A stretch of 63,646 nucleotides of DNA, the filler included, from Octopus bimaculoides (lineage: Eukaryota): the NCBI RefSeq assembly GCF_001194135.2. It is 6 parts of 6 records of this genome, joined end to end, with 100 filler letters (N's around TTAATTAATTAA, not from the genome) between each part and the next. Parts side by side here need not be neighbours in the genome. Positions count along the whole stretch, not along the records: positions 1 to 17,767 come from NC_068988.1; positions 17,868 to 26,645 come from NC_069010.1; 4 more parts are not named here. One strand, given 5' to 3'. The notes under the pieces were generated by a model that was not told the origin of the DNA, made no database searches, and saw only the letters and a list, made by a program, of their open reading frames with translations. The position numbers and the translations under genes were made by a program. Positions 13,763-26,170 of this stretch are shown piece by piece. Position 1 is the stretch's first letter. Each line of letters opens with the position of its first letter.

Positions 13763-14650
13763 ATCGTGCGTGTGTGTGTATATAGATATATATGCGCACT
13801 TAATATCGGAAGCTATTATTGTAATATATATATATATTAGAAGGTTTGGAGGTGATGTACAGGTATTATATATTAGAAAAAATAATAAGGTACTCAGATA
13901 TCTGGATGGTTGTACATTTACAGATTTTTATTAATATGTCACATGTTTTTATAAATTAGCGCTTGCATCTATTCTTGTAGATTCTCCAGATTTAATTTTT
14001 CTTCGGAGGATTTGTCTCTTTTTATAGTATCATTGAATGTTAGGGGTGGAGAGAGATATATAGGATAGTAAAAGAGGGTGNNNNNNNNNNNNNNNNNNNN
14101 NNNNNNNNNNNNNNNNNNNNNNNNNNNNNNNNNNNNNNNNNNNNNNNNNNNNNNNNNNNNNNNNNNNNNNNNNNNNNNNNNNNNNNNNNNNNNNNNNNNN
14201 NNNNNNNNNNNNNNNNNNNNNNNNNNNNNNNNNNNNNNNNNNNNNNNNNNNNNNNNNNNNNNNNNNNNNNNNNNNNNNNNNNNNNNNNNNNNNNNNNNNN
14301 NNNNNNNNNNNNNNNNNNNNNNNNNNNNNNNNNNNNNNNNNNNNNNNNNNNNNNNNNNNNNNNNNNNNNNNNNNNNNNNNNNNNNNNNNNNNNNNNNNNN
14401 NNNNNNNNNNNNNNNNNNNNNNNNNNNNNNNNNNNNNNNNNNNNNNNNNNNNNNNNNNNNNNNNNNNNNNNNNNNNNNNNATATAAAGTAGTTGTATACT
14501 GTCAACTTAACGTGACAGTCCCAATAAGGGAATATACTACTGCTGTTTAGCCCTAGGAAGCCAGACTGCTTCCTATTAGGCCTTGACACATTTCCTGTGC
14601 CCTTATCCTTACGAGGGGGAGACAAACTCCTCCACCCAGCCTATCCTGCA

Positions 14651-14693
14651 TTCAGGGACATGTTTCTGAGTCTTTGCTCGTCATCAGCCTGAA
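14651..14693 (-). ncRNA. Minimal type I hammerhead ribozyme-like motif, family B
   Basis: Minus strand reads UUCAGG-CUGAUGA-CGAG CAAAGA CUCA-GAAA-CAU-GUC-CCUGAA. Intact core, perfect 6-bp stem I, palindromic stem III (ACAUGU), canonical GUC site. The stem II closing pair is a C/A mismatch. Confidence 0.75.
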
Positions 14694-14704
14694 GTATATA
14701 TTAA

Positions 14705-15075
14705 TATGTGGCTGTGTTAAGAGGCTTGCTTCCTAACCACATGGTTCCAGATTCAGTCCCACTGTGTGGCACCTTGGGCAAGTGTCTTCTACCGTAGCCT
14801 TGGGCCAACTGAATCCTTATGAGTGGATTTGGTAAACAGAAACTGAAAGAAACCCCATCGTATATATGTATATTTATATATTTGTGTATCTGCGTTTGTC
14901 CCCCTGCCATCACAACTGATGCTGGTGTGTTTATGTCCCCATAACAGTTTGGCAAAAGAGACCCATAGAATAAATACTAGGCTTACAAGGAATAAGTCCT
15001 GGGGTTGATTTTGTAGGCTCAAAAATCCTTTAAAGTGGTGCTCCAGCATGGCTGCAAACTGAAACAAGTGAAAGA
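14705..15075 (+). mobile_element. tRNA-headed SINE composite (related copies at 18880-19045 -, 24428-24590 -, 29828-30005 -, 26745-26970 +, 36315-36510 -, 59365-59577 -)
   Basis: GTGGCTGTGTTAAGAGGCTTGCTTCCTAACCACATGGTTCCAGATTCAGTCCC head, microsatellite linker, and a tail shared with the listed copies. Confidence 0.75.
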
Positions 15076-16468
15076 ATATATTTTCTACAGAAAATAAAGG
15101 AATTCTCAAACACAGGATGACTATGAAGACAGCTTAGAAAATAAGGTGAAGACCCTTTAGATGATGGGGAATCAAACCCTGTACCTCTCAAATTCTGGAT
15201 GAGCGCTCTGTACTACTAAGAGATCCCTAACAACAAATACTGTCTTTTTGTAATGTTTTTGGAATGTGAGAACATTTTGCCCAGTGAGTTGGTATTCTAC
15301 AGAAAATAAAGGAATTCTTGGAGGCAGGATGGTTGTTAAGAAAGCTTAGAAAATTGGGTAACAGATTCCACAGAGGCTGGTGTTGGTGTGCATTTGTAAG
15401 AATTGTGTTAGTAAAAGTGGTAAAAAAGAGTTCGGTGAACTTTCCGTGGGGAGTATAAAATCCAGCGATTCGGACAATCCTTTCTCAAGCAAAACTTGAA
15501 TGCATTTTATTGTATGTTTTTTGGTCATTAATTTAATTGCATTTTTTTTCTTTCATTATTATTAAAAGAAATTACAATGTCATTCAATGTGTTCTGTCTT
15601 TAGTTGTTTCTCTGTATGTTCTGAGTTTTATACTCCTGAGGTTGATTGACTGTTATATTCTTCATCCGTCTTAGGGTTGATAAAAAAGAAGAATATAGTT
15701 CCAGTGAAATACTGGGGTTTCATTGACTACTCCCTGCCACAAAGTTTGTGGTTTTGTGTTCTGTTTGAATTTATCATCATATTAGTTGGCTATGTGTTTC
15801 ATCCTTTTTTTTCTTTTCTTTGATAAAACAAGCACCAGTATTGAGTTTCTTAATTGGCATTGTTGCCCACCCAACTCAACTTTTTGACCTTGTTCTTCCG
15901 CTGGCAATCATAAAAAGTAAATTAGTATTATCACTATATATTAGGGTGGCAATCTGGCAGAATCATTAGCATGCTGGGCATAAATGCTTAGCTGCATTTC
16001 ATCTGTTCTTATACTCTGAGTTCAAATTTCCTGTTTTTACTTAATTTTTGAGAGTGGTTGGGTTCATTTTAAGTATTCTCGTTTATGAGAGCAGTTGAGT
16101 TTATTTCAGATATTCTCATATTAAAAATCATCTCTGGCTAATCGTTGAGAGGACACTGGTGTTGCCTTGGCAGAGGTTTGGGTTCTCTGAATGCTCGTTA
16201 TGATTTTAATTGTTATAGTCTACTACTGATAGCACCGAATTGGCAAAATCTGGATATTGGCCAAAATACCTTATGTTTCTAATGTTCTGAGTTCAAATTC
16301 CACCTTAAATGATTTTGTTTTTCATCCTTTCAAGGTCAATAAATTGAAGTTCTAGTTATTACTAAGGTCAGCACTCACCCTACCCCAAAATTTGAATCTT
16401 GTGTTAATACTAGAAAATTAATATTTTCAATCAGTTCTCATGTTATTCCAATTTGTTCTGAATTTCAG

Positions 16469-16733
16469 TGGGAACCCATTCAACGTCGAAAGATATGGTG
16501 TGGATACAATTCTGAAGACTTACAGATGCCAACCTCGAGTTCCTTGGTTGCGAGAACTAAAGATGAAATCCTGCTTCCAGATCAGCAACCGTGAGAAGGA
16601 AAAAGATATTCACAACTATATTGGCAAATGGATTTCTGGGTATGCGAAACATGTCGGCTTTAACATCGAAGTCTCTTCTTGTGGGTTGCGATTCGTCGAG
16701 TACGCCGATGCTAACTCTGTAGTTTATATGTGA
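16469..16733 (+). CDS. Probable terminal coding exon of an unidentified gene (87 aa: GNPFNVERYGVDTILKTYRC...VEYADANSVVYM*)
   Basis: Pyrimidine-rich acceptor TTGTTCTGAATTTCAG, then an 87-codon open frame of complex, non-repetitive, higher-GC sequence ending TGA 16731-16733. AATAAA at 17121. No family recognised and upstream exons not identified. Confidence 0.5.
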
Positions 16734-17721
16734 ATTGGCCCTTTGTCTCATTCTTCAGCTTTTATGCAAAATACACTTATCTCGTAATAAGGGAATTGAT
16801 GCAATTCTGGTTCTAAAAGATTAAGTGCCTTTTGCAATCTCTGAGTAATCCTTTGTTCCTTCCCTCCCACCAAGTCTCTCCTTTTTAGTAAAATACAATT
16901 TGTTCCCTCACCTCTACCCTCTCTTCCCATCCCCCACTGAACCCCCCCACTTTTTTTTTCTCTTCCTCAAAAGTAAAATCTTCCCATAAATATATTTTTT
17001 ATTGCACCATTCTATAAAATAACTATAAATTTTGATACAACTTCCATTGCTCTCTTAGACTATTTTCTTCTCTTTCACTTTCTTATCATGGTTTATAATT
17101 AACTTCTATATCTTTTAAATAATAAACAATATTGTTCATAATGGTAAAATGCTAATAATAATAATTATGATGATGATAATGTTTCCTTGACTTTATTATT
17201 ATTTCTTAAATCTAAAGAACATATTCTGGGGTTTCACTGACTGCTGCCCTTGTAACTCACCAATAAGCACAGTAGTTCTTCTCCACATGTACAACTTTGC
17301 TATTATATATATATATCACCTATAGGTCTATAGTCCTCTGCACTCGCACACACATATACATACAACACACACTTACACATGCACGCATACTTATCAATAC
17401 TCAGCAGTACTCTCCTTAACAATAACCCGCTCTCTGTTTTTCATATAATCAATATCTAAAAACTTGTTATTTCAGTTTAAATTGCAATATGTTGGTTCTG
17501 TTCTTAGTTATCCCCTACCACTACTATTACTACCAATACCACTGGAAAAGAAAAATTTTTAAAAGAAGTCACAAATTATTTTATGATGCTTAAAACATAT
17601 ACTTAACATTGTTTATGTATATTATTGTATTGTAGTCTTTGGCTGTATCTTCTATTGTTTATGATTGTTATGATAGCTGCAAAATCAATATTGTTCTTTA
17701 TATTTTGACTAAACATTATAC

Positions 17722-17767
<46 letters not shown>

Positions 17768-17811
17768 NNNNNNNNNNNNNNNNNNNNNNNNNNNNNNNNN
17801 NNNNNNNNNNN

Positions 17812-17823
17812 TTAATTAATTAA
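17812..17823. other. Assembly linker TTAATTAATTAA inside N gaps (also 26690, 48166, 56328, 62219)
   Basis: Identical 12-mer (stops in all six frames) centred in N blocks of about 100 nt, five times. Artificial. Confidence 0.9.
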
Positions 17824-17971
17824 NNNNNNNNNNNNNNNNNNNNNNNNNNNNNNNNNNNNNNNNNNNNTATACATATATTTGTACGTATATATACATATAC
17901 ATGTACGTATATGTATGTATATGTATGTATATATACATATATATATGTACATATAAACATATTTATATATG

Positions 17972-18005
<34 letters not shown>

Positions 18006-18821
18006 AGACAGAAAAGTTGTGAAGATGCAGCCACGGTTCAAGTCCCATGGATGTCTGTTGACAACTTTTTTTCTGTCTTATAAGGGTAATAATAGCCAAT
18101 CTTTCTGCTGTTTTGACAGCTATACTGTATTCAAAAAATTACTTACTTGTCCATACAATATAACACACACACACACACACAAGTATATATAAACAGATTT
18201 TAGAAATATAAGTAGGAAAAAAGAAACTGAAGAGCAAACTTACTTTATGTCTTGACAACAGGTGTCTCTAAAAAACACTATGGAAAATCTGAGAATATGT
18301 GTCAAATGGTATGTGACGCAAGTGGGGGTGTGAAAATGTGTCGAACTGGAAAGGCAAGGCCGTAAACTATTACGTCACTTTACCAAAATAGAAAAAGGAC
18401 TGGTTCTGGTTCTGGTTTATTCAGCTGGTTGTTTTTTTATTATTGTTGTGGATGTGAATATATATTTGTGGAAGTGCATGGCTCAGTGTTTAGTGCATCA
18501 GGCTAACAATCATGAGGTAGTGAGTTCGATTCCTGCACCGGGCTGTGAGTTGTGTTCTTGAGCAAGGCATTTTATATCACGTTGCTCCAGTTCACTCAGC
18601 TGTAGAAATGAGTTACAATGTCACTGGTGCCAAGTTGTATCGGTCTGCCTTTCCCTTGGATAATATCAGTGGCATGGAGAGGGGGAGGTTGGTATGCATG
18701 GACAACTGCTGGTCTTCCATAAACAACCTTGCCCGAACATGTACCTCGAGGGTACTTGCCCAAGATTCCGTGCAGTGGGACTGAAACCAGAGTCGTGTGG
18801 TTGGGAAGCAAGCTTCTTACA

Positions 18822-18880
<59 letters not shown>

Positions 18881-20464
18881 TACGCAATAAACTTCATTCA
18901 GTTTCCATGTACCAAATCCACTCACAAGACTTTGATTGGCACAAAGCTATAGTAGAAGACACTTGCACAATGTGCCATGCAGTGGGACTGAACCCAGAAC
19001 CATATGGTTGGAAATCAAACATCTTACTAAACAGCCATGCCTGTCCTTTGTCCAACATCAAAACAAAGAAGAATTCACAGTTATAAAGATGGGAGCACGG
19101 GGTGGGGAGATATAGAGAGAGTCTTTTTTGTGGAGTAAAGTTGAAAACCCAGTTTGCCAAACTGTTACCTGAACAAATCCCACACCACTACACTGGACTC
19201 CTTTGTTCTCCGCTGAATTCAAAACACTGTATCAAAAATAACAACAAAAAAAAACTACTGCCATATATCGTTGACATCCACCACCTAACTGTCAAGGACA
19301 GTCAACGAAAATTCTTGTTTCTTTAGAAAAGAAAAAATTACACCTTATTCTTCTATTTCTATTGTTTTCTGTTGTGACTGAGAATATCTATTCTATTTTT
19401 AGTCTTTTATAACCCTTATTTTGTTTTGACACCTTAATTTCTCACCAAAAGACACAACACTTATTGTATGCGCACCTTTTCATTATCATGGAAATCTTTT
19501 TGCCAATACCTTGGCTTTCATAATCCTCATACAACCACCCATTAACCACCCTCCAGTGTACCTTCCACACCATACAAACGCTCTTTATTTACCTGTGGCT
19601 TAGTGGGTAGCATAGTTGGCTCACAATCATAAGGTCCTGAGTTTGATTCCCAGCGGCGTGTTCCATTCTTGTGCGAGACACTTTATTTCACATTGCCCTG
19701 GTTCACTCAGCCAGCAAAAAGGAGTTGTACTCACAGTTCATTTGACCAGCCTTGTCACATTTGATGCTTGACACTGAAGCTCCCTGAGAACTACATTAAG
19801 GGGACCGGTATCTGTGGAGTACTCAGCCACTTGCATTTTAATTTCATGAGATCACACTTGTTATTACATGAGATCACGATTGTTATTACATGAGATCACA
19901 CTTGTTATTACGATATACATTCCTTAACTGAGAGTTAGTAATCGTTACGATTCTTCCCCCATTCTCTCTTGCTTTCTTCATGCATTCCTTTTTTTTTTCC
20001 TCCCCTTTGACCAAAAATATTTCCCCACCCTCTTCCCTCCACATTATCTTTTTTTTTTTGGCGAATACCACTCCCCTTGATAATTTCCGTGATTCAGCCA
20101 AAATAGCCGTATCGAATACTACCAGTCAAATGGCCTTGCTTAAATTACTCATTTTTCCTTTTTCCTTCTTCTATTCCTAAGTTCTCTCTACATTTATATT
20201 CTCCACTCCTACTGCACTCTCTGCACATTCTGATCGAATCTTCCATGCATTAACATGTACCTCCTCGCAACACTGTAAGCTTTCATTTAATCAAGATACT
20301 CTTGGCATGAAGAGTAGCCTCTGGTATACACCCCAATTTGGATATTTACCACTTCCAAGGTTCTGTTCGCTATGAAACATATGTAGCTCAGATCCCATTG
20401 ACTGTTCATTAGCTCTTATATATACGTACATATCCCCATATATATCTATATACGTGATGCTAAT

Positions 20465-21190
20465 ATACATTTTTGTGCGGGTGGCACATAAAAGACACCA
20501 TTTCGAGCGTGGCCGTTTTCGTGCGGGTGACACGTAAAAGCACCCACTACACTCTCTGAGTGGTTGGCGTTAGGAAGGGCATCCGGCTGTAGAAACTCTG
20601 NNNNNNNNNNACCCACTACACTCTCTGAGTGGTTGGCGTTAGGAAGGGCATCCGGCTGTAGAAACTCTGCCAAATTAGATTGGAGCCTGGTGTAGCCATC
20701 TGGTTCACCAGTCCTCAGTCAAATCGTCCAACCCATGCTAGCATGGAAAGCGGACGTTAAACGATGATGATGATGATGATATATACGCAGTCTAATTTTT
20801 ATGTTGCTTTTAAATAAAGCATATTACCCTACCTCTGGTATTTGAGTACTCTTTTTTCCAGCTTGTTGCACATTTTATGTGCTTACTCCAGTATATATAT
20901 ATGTTGCCAGTGCCCCTGGACTGGCTCCTGTGCGGGTGGCACATAAAATACACCATTTTGAGCGTGGCCGTTACCAGTACCGTCTGACTGACCTTCGTGC
21001 GGGTGACACGTAAAAGCACCCACTACACTCTTGGAGTGGTTGGCATTAGGAAGGGCATCCAGCTATAGAAACTCTGCCAAATCAGATTGGAGGCTGGTGT
21101 TGCCATCCGGTTTCACCAGTCCTCAGTCAAATCGTCCAACCCATGCTAGCATGGAAAGCAGACGCTAAACGATGATGATGATGATGATGA
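20465..21190 (+). mobile_element. Two tandem copies of the (GAT)n-tailed SINE
   Basis: Two near-identical units of about 300 bp (20465-20780, 20897-21190), each ending in GATGATGAT. Confidence 0.85.
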
Positions 21191-21559
21191 TATATATATA
21201 TANNNNNNNNNNNNNNNNNNNNNNNNNNNNNNNNNNNNNNNNNNNNNNNNNNNNNNNNNNNNNNNNNNNNNNNNNNNNNNNNNNNNNNNNNNNNNNNNNN
21301 NNNNNNNNNNNNNNNNNNNNNNNNNNNNNNNNNNNNNNNNNNNNNNNNNNNNNNNNNNNNNNNNNNNNNNNNNNNNNNNNNNNNNNNNNNNNNNNNNNNN
21401 NNNNNNNNNNNNNNNNNNNNNNNNNNNNNNNNNNNNNNNNNNNNNNNNNNNNNNNNNNNNNNNNNNNNNNNNNNNNNNNNNNNNNNNNNNNNNNNNNNNN
21501 NNNNNNNNNNNNNNNNNNNNNNNNNNNNNNNNNNNNNNNNNNNNNNNNNNNNNNNNNNN

Positions 21560-21596
<37 letters not shown>

Positions 21597-22095
21597 TGAC
21601 TCTCCCATTGAAGATGATGTGTGAACGTTCAGCTTTAGCTGAATGACCAGCTGGCGCCCTCTATCAAATTAAAGTTGCCTAAACAAGTGTATGGTGTACC
21701 AAATATCAGGTGTCGAAGTGATTGCAGAGTAATGTGAGATAAAGTGTTTTTCTTAAGAACTCAATGCACCACCTAGTCTAGGAACTGAAACCACGATCTC
21801 GTGATCATGAGTGCAACACCCTAACCCCTAGGCCATTTATATCCTGTATGTGTGTGAGTGTGTTTCCAAAAATGGTTAATATGGATATATACTCCTAGCA
21901 GGTACTGTGTTAACTTTTATTAGTTAACAATGCTGGCTATAATGGAATAGTTATATCAGTAACTGACTTGACTTGCACACAGCCAAGTCAGAACAGATAC
22001 CGTAGTAACAGTACCAAGCAGCGTTGCTAGGCAAACAAATTTTACGTTAGCTCAAATATTTTTGCGACATATTTTAACTTTTAATGGCAAAGTAA

Positions 22096-22141
<46 letters not shown>

Positions 22142-22396
22142 CATGCACACACGCATGCATGCATGTTCACATAGACATGGATAAGATGAAGAAGATAGGT
22201 AGACGGATGGACAAGACAGTCAGAGAGATAACTTTCTGTATTGGCCACACAGGGCTGAACACAGAGGGGACAAGTACAAATGGAGAACAAATGGAGAGCT
22301 TTTCTTTTCGAAAATGAAAAAAAAAGGGGGAAAATAAGAAAGTAAAATTCTGATCAAAAAATGATCGGGGGTGGGGAGACAGACAGATCGATAGAT

Positions 22397-22444
<48 letters not shown>

Positions 22445-22983
22445 CAGATAAGACTGATCAATAGACAGATAAGACACACATAGATAAGAAAGACAGACAG
22501 ACAAGACTGATAGTTAGATAGACAGGTAGACAGACAGATAGATAGTTCAGAAAGATAAATAGATGGACAGGACATATAGTTAACATAGATAGATGGATAG
22601 CAGGAGCAGTTGTGCAACGTATATGCTGCTATCCCTCTATCTATCTTAACTATATGTCCTATCTGTCTGTGTACGTGTGTGTCATTCATTATAAATATTA
22701 GTTTTACTCATTAATCAATTAATTAATCATAAATCTTCATGGAAAACTTCTGTTATACTCCTGCTTGAAAATTTGTGGCATTCGGTATGCCAGCACAAAC
22801 AATACAACAAACACCATACACCACTGACGGATAGATGAATGGTTGGATGGGTGGATAGATATATGGGTGGATAGATGGATAAATAGATTGGTGGATAGAT
22901 GGATAAATAGATTGGTGGATAGATAGATAGAAAGGTAGATATAGATAGATGGATCAATAGATGAATGGCTATAGATAGACAGA

Positions 22984-23374
22984 TTGTTGTTGTTGGCACT
23001 CCGTTGCTTACGACGTCGAGGGTTCCAGTTGATCCGATCAACGGAATAGCCTGCTCGTGAAATTAACGTGCAAGTGGCTGAGCACTCCACAGACACGTGT
23101 ACCCTTAACATAGTTCTTGGGGATATTCAGCGTGACACAGAGTGTGACAAGGCTGACCCTTTGAATTACAGACACAACAGAAACAGGAAGTAAGAGTGAG
23201 AGAAAGTTGTGGTGGAAGACTACAGCAGGGTTCGCCACCATCCCCTGCCGGAGCCTCTTGGAGCTTTCGGTGTTTTCGCTCAATAAACACTCACAACGCC
23301 AGGTCTGGGAATCGAAACTGCGATTCAATGACCGCGAGTCCGCTGCCCTAACCACTGGGCCATTGCGCCTCCAC
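22984..23374 (-). mobile_element. tRNA-headed SINE with (CAA)n tail (partial copies at 52095-52365 and 53218-53428)
   Basis: Minus strand starts GTGGAGGCGCAATGGCCCAGTGGTTAGGGCAGCGG...TCGATTCCC (A/B boxes). Near-identical copies occur in the window. Confidence 0.85.
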
Positions 23375-24131
23375 TGATAGACAGATATAGATAAATAGAT
23401 AGACACATATCTATGTATATATGCCTTTCTGATTGTGTTTTCCGATATCCAGTGTTTGTTTACATCCTCATAACCTAGTGGTGAGGCAAACGATTCCGAT
23501 AAAATAAGTATCTGACTTGGATAGATAAATAAATAAATAAATAAATGAATACTTTGAAAGATCTCTTTAACAAAACCTTTCAAAGTGGTGCTCCAGCATG
23601 ACCGCGGTAAAATCACTGAAACAAATAAAAGATAAGAAAGGATGCAATGTGTGTGCATGTTTGCGAATAGATGTGTGTTTGTGTGTGTGTGTGTGTGTTT
23701 GTGTGTGTGAACATGTTTCATATATGAATGTGTTTGAGAGTGTGCATGTGAGGGATGAGTACAAGTGAAATGTGTGTGTGTGTGTGTGTTGCTACGGTTA
23801 CTTAAAGCAAACTCGTTTACTAATTATTTATTGACTGTCCAGTCAACCATGGCACAAGTCCTATTTTAATTCTGACGTCACACTCCATTGCCATAGCGAT
23901 TGCAATTTGTGCTCTCAGCAATCAAGCTACACATGCACTCAAAATAAAAAAAACTGCAGTCATACTGGGGCAACGCCTAGTAGAATTTCCAGTCAAATGA
24001 ATCAATACCAGTATTTATTTTTTTAAAGCCTTGAACTTATTCTATCGATCTCTTATGATGAACCACTAGGTTATGGGCACATAAGCACATTGACACTGGT
24101 TGTCAAGCAGTGGTGGTGGTCAAAGACACGT

Positions 24132-24168
<37 letters not shown>

Positions 24169-24319
24169 CATACATACATACATATACACACACAAGGGGC
24201 ATCTTTCAGTTTCCGTCAGCCTGAGGCTACAATAGAATATACTTGCCCAAGGGGCCACACAGCGAGACTGAACTTGGGACCATGTGGTTGGGAAGCAAGC
24301 TACTTACCACATGTTTATC

Positions 24320-24377
<58 letters not shown>

Positions 24378-24381
24378 TATA

Positions 24382-24430
<49 letters not shown>

Positions 24431-25275
24431 GACAGGCTTCTTTCAGTTTCTGTCTACCAAATCCACTCACAAGGCTTTGGTCGGCCCAAGGCTTATAGTA
24501 GAAGACACTTGCCAAAGGTGCCACACAGGGAAATTGAACCTGGAACTATGTGTCTGGGAAGCAAGTTTCTTACCACACAGTCATGCCTGCATGTAAAGGA
24601 CAAAAGAAAAGCAAAAATCAGCCTTGGCCAGATTTTGAACTCAGAGCCAATCAGAATTTTGTCTGATGTGTTTAACAAGGCTGCCATTTCATTGCTTTGG
24701 CTGTAAATAAAATATTATAAACTCACCAGTATACTTTACACCTGTATTATTAGGTGTATGTCTTCAAGATAATAAATAGTAATACGAATTATCAAGTTTC
24801 TAAGCAATTATTCACAGGTTGTGCATTTCTGAATTCAAGGTATTTAAAAATATTTATGAGGTGATAAAATGAATCACACTTTTTTTCAATGACACAGTGT
24901 AATGATGCAACACAAGTTAGCAGAGACTGGTTGTCACAGGTCAATAGCTAATTGTATCATATGTGTGTACATGTGATATATTTGTGTGGGCATCCTTTGC
25001 TCCCATAGGTGTGTGTGTGTGTGTGTGAGTGCATGCGTGCATGTAATTTCTTTAAAATTCACAATACATGTATTTTAAGTGCCACAAATGTTGGAGAAAT
25101 AATCAAACATGTCCTTTGAAAATAAATCACATATCAGAGCAAACGAAAAAAAAAATTAGAATAATACAAGAAACATGAAAAAAAAACAAAACAAGAAGGC
25201 AACATATAGAAAATGCAGAAAGTAAACAAATGTTTTTTCTATTATTCAACTTTTTCAGTTTGTTATATGTGGTTT

Positions 25276-25329
25276 GCGCCTGAAGAATATGTTTGGGTAT
25301 TTCTGAACATAGGAAATTATTAGTAGCAC
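25276..25329 (+). ncRNA. Type I hammerhead ribozyme-like motif, family A copy 2
   Basis: GCGC-CUGAAGA-AUAUGUUUGG GUAUUU CUGAACAUAG-GAAA-UUAUUA-GUA-GCAC. Homologous to 2600-2654 including the upstream flank (ATATGTGGTTTG). 9-bp stem II. Confidence 0.65.
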
Positions 25330-25869
25330 TGAAGGACATGAATTGTAGCCTTTAAATAGATTGAACCTGAAACCATGTGGCTGGGAAATTCCTCCTACCC
25401 AATGCTGCCTGAAGACAGCATTGGCACACAGTACCATTGCCTGGGAGCTGTACAAGTCTAGGGGGCCAGTTTCTGACCTATGTACTCTGTGGCCTATGTA
25501 CTCAATACATACAGTAGAAAAAATAGCAAGCTGGCAAAATCATTAGCACATTTCATCTGTTATTAGGTCCGGAGTTCAACTTTGCCTTTCAGTCTTTAGA
25601 GGTTGATAAATTACCAACTGAGCGCTATAATCGATTTATCCCTTCCCCCAAAGATGCTGGCCTTGAGCCAAAATCTGAAACCAATACATATAATTGGGCC
25701 CAGTACATTGATTTACTTCCTAAAAAGGCCCTACTCTCACCCAACACCTCCAAAATTTTTCCTTTCATCAAATTCCAATATAATCATAATCTACATCATC
25801 TGAAAGGTATCTAAGGAAAATTTCATTAAAAAGTATCCATTATGTTTTTTTAGTTATGAGAAAAAGCAG

Positions 25870-26170
25870 TGAGAGGGGCAAACTTGTGTAGGTATGCCCA
25901 AGTAACATAAGAGAGTTATAAGGAAACAAGGTTGATAGGTGTGGGGTACTTTTGTGTAGTTATACCCAAGTAACATGAGGAAATAAAGTTTGTTGGGGTA
26001 CAACTTGTGTACTTATGCACAAATGGCATAAGAAAATTATGAGGAAATGAAGTCAGTGTGGGGTACTTTTCTGTAGTTATACCCAAGTAGCACAAAGAAA
26101 CAAAGATGGTCATGGCACACATTTGTGTATTTATGCACAAATGGCAAAGTTGGGCAGGAGGTAAGGGGCA
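25870..26170. repeat. Degenerate tandem repeat (motif TGTAGTTATACCCAAGTA, period about 116 bp with sub-repeats)
   Basis: Recurring GGGGTACTTTT.TGTAGTTATACCCAAGTA and TGTGTA.TTATGCACAAATGGCA blocks. Confidence 0.6.

Noticed and set aside
17812-17823. Recurrent TTAATTAATTAA (PacI-like) motif
   Set aside because: Always centred within N blocks; an artificial scaffold linker.
20547-20661. Direct duplication across 10 Ns (likewise 53969-54115)
   Set aside because: Identical sequence either side of a 10-N gap is typical of contig-overlap artefacts.
22984-23374. tRNA gene-like A/B boxes here and in other SINE heads
   Set aside because: No complete cloverleaf; the heads run into shared SINE bodies and microsatellite tails.
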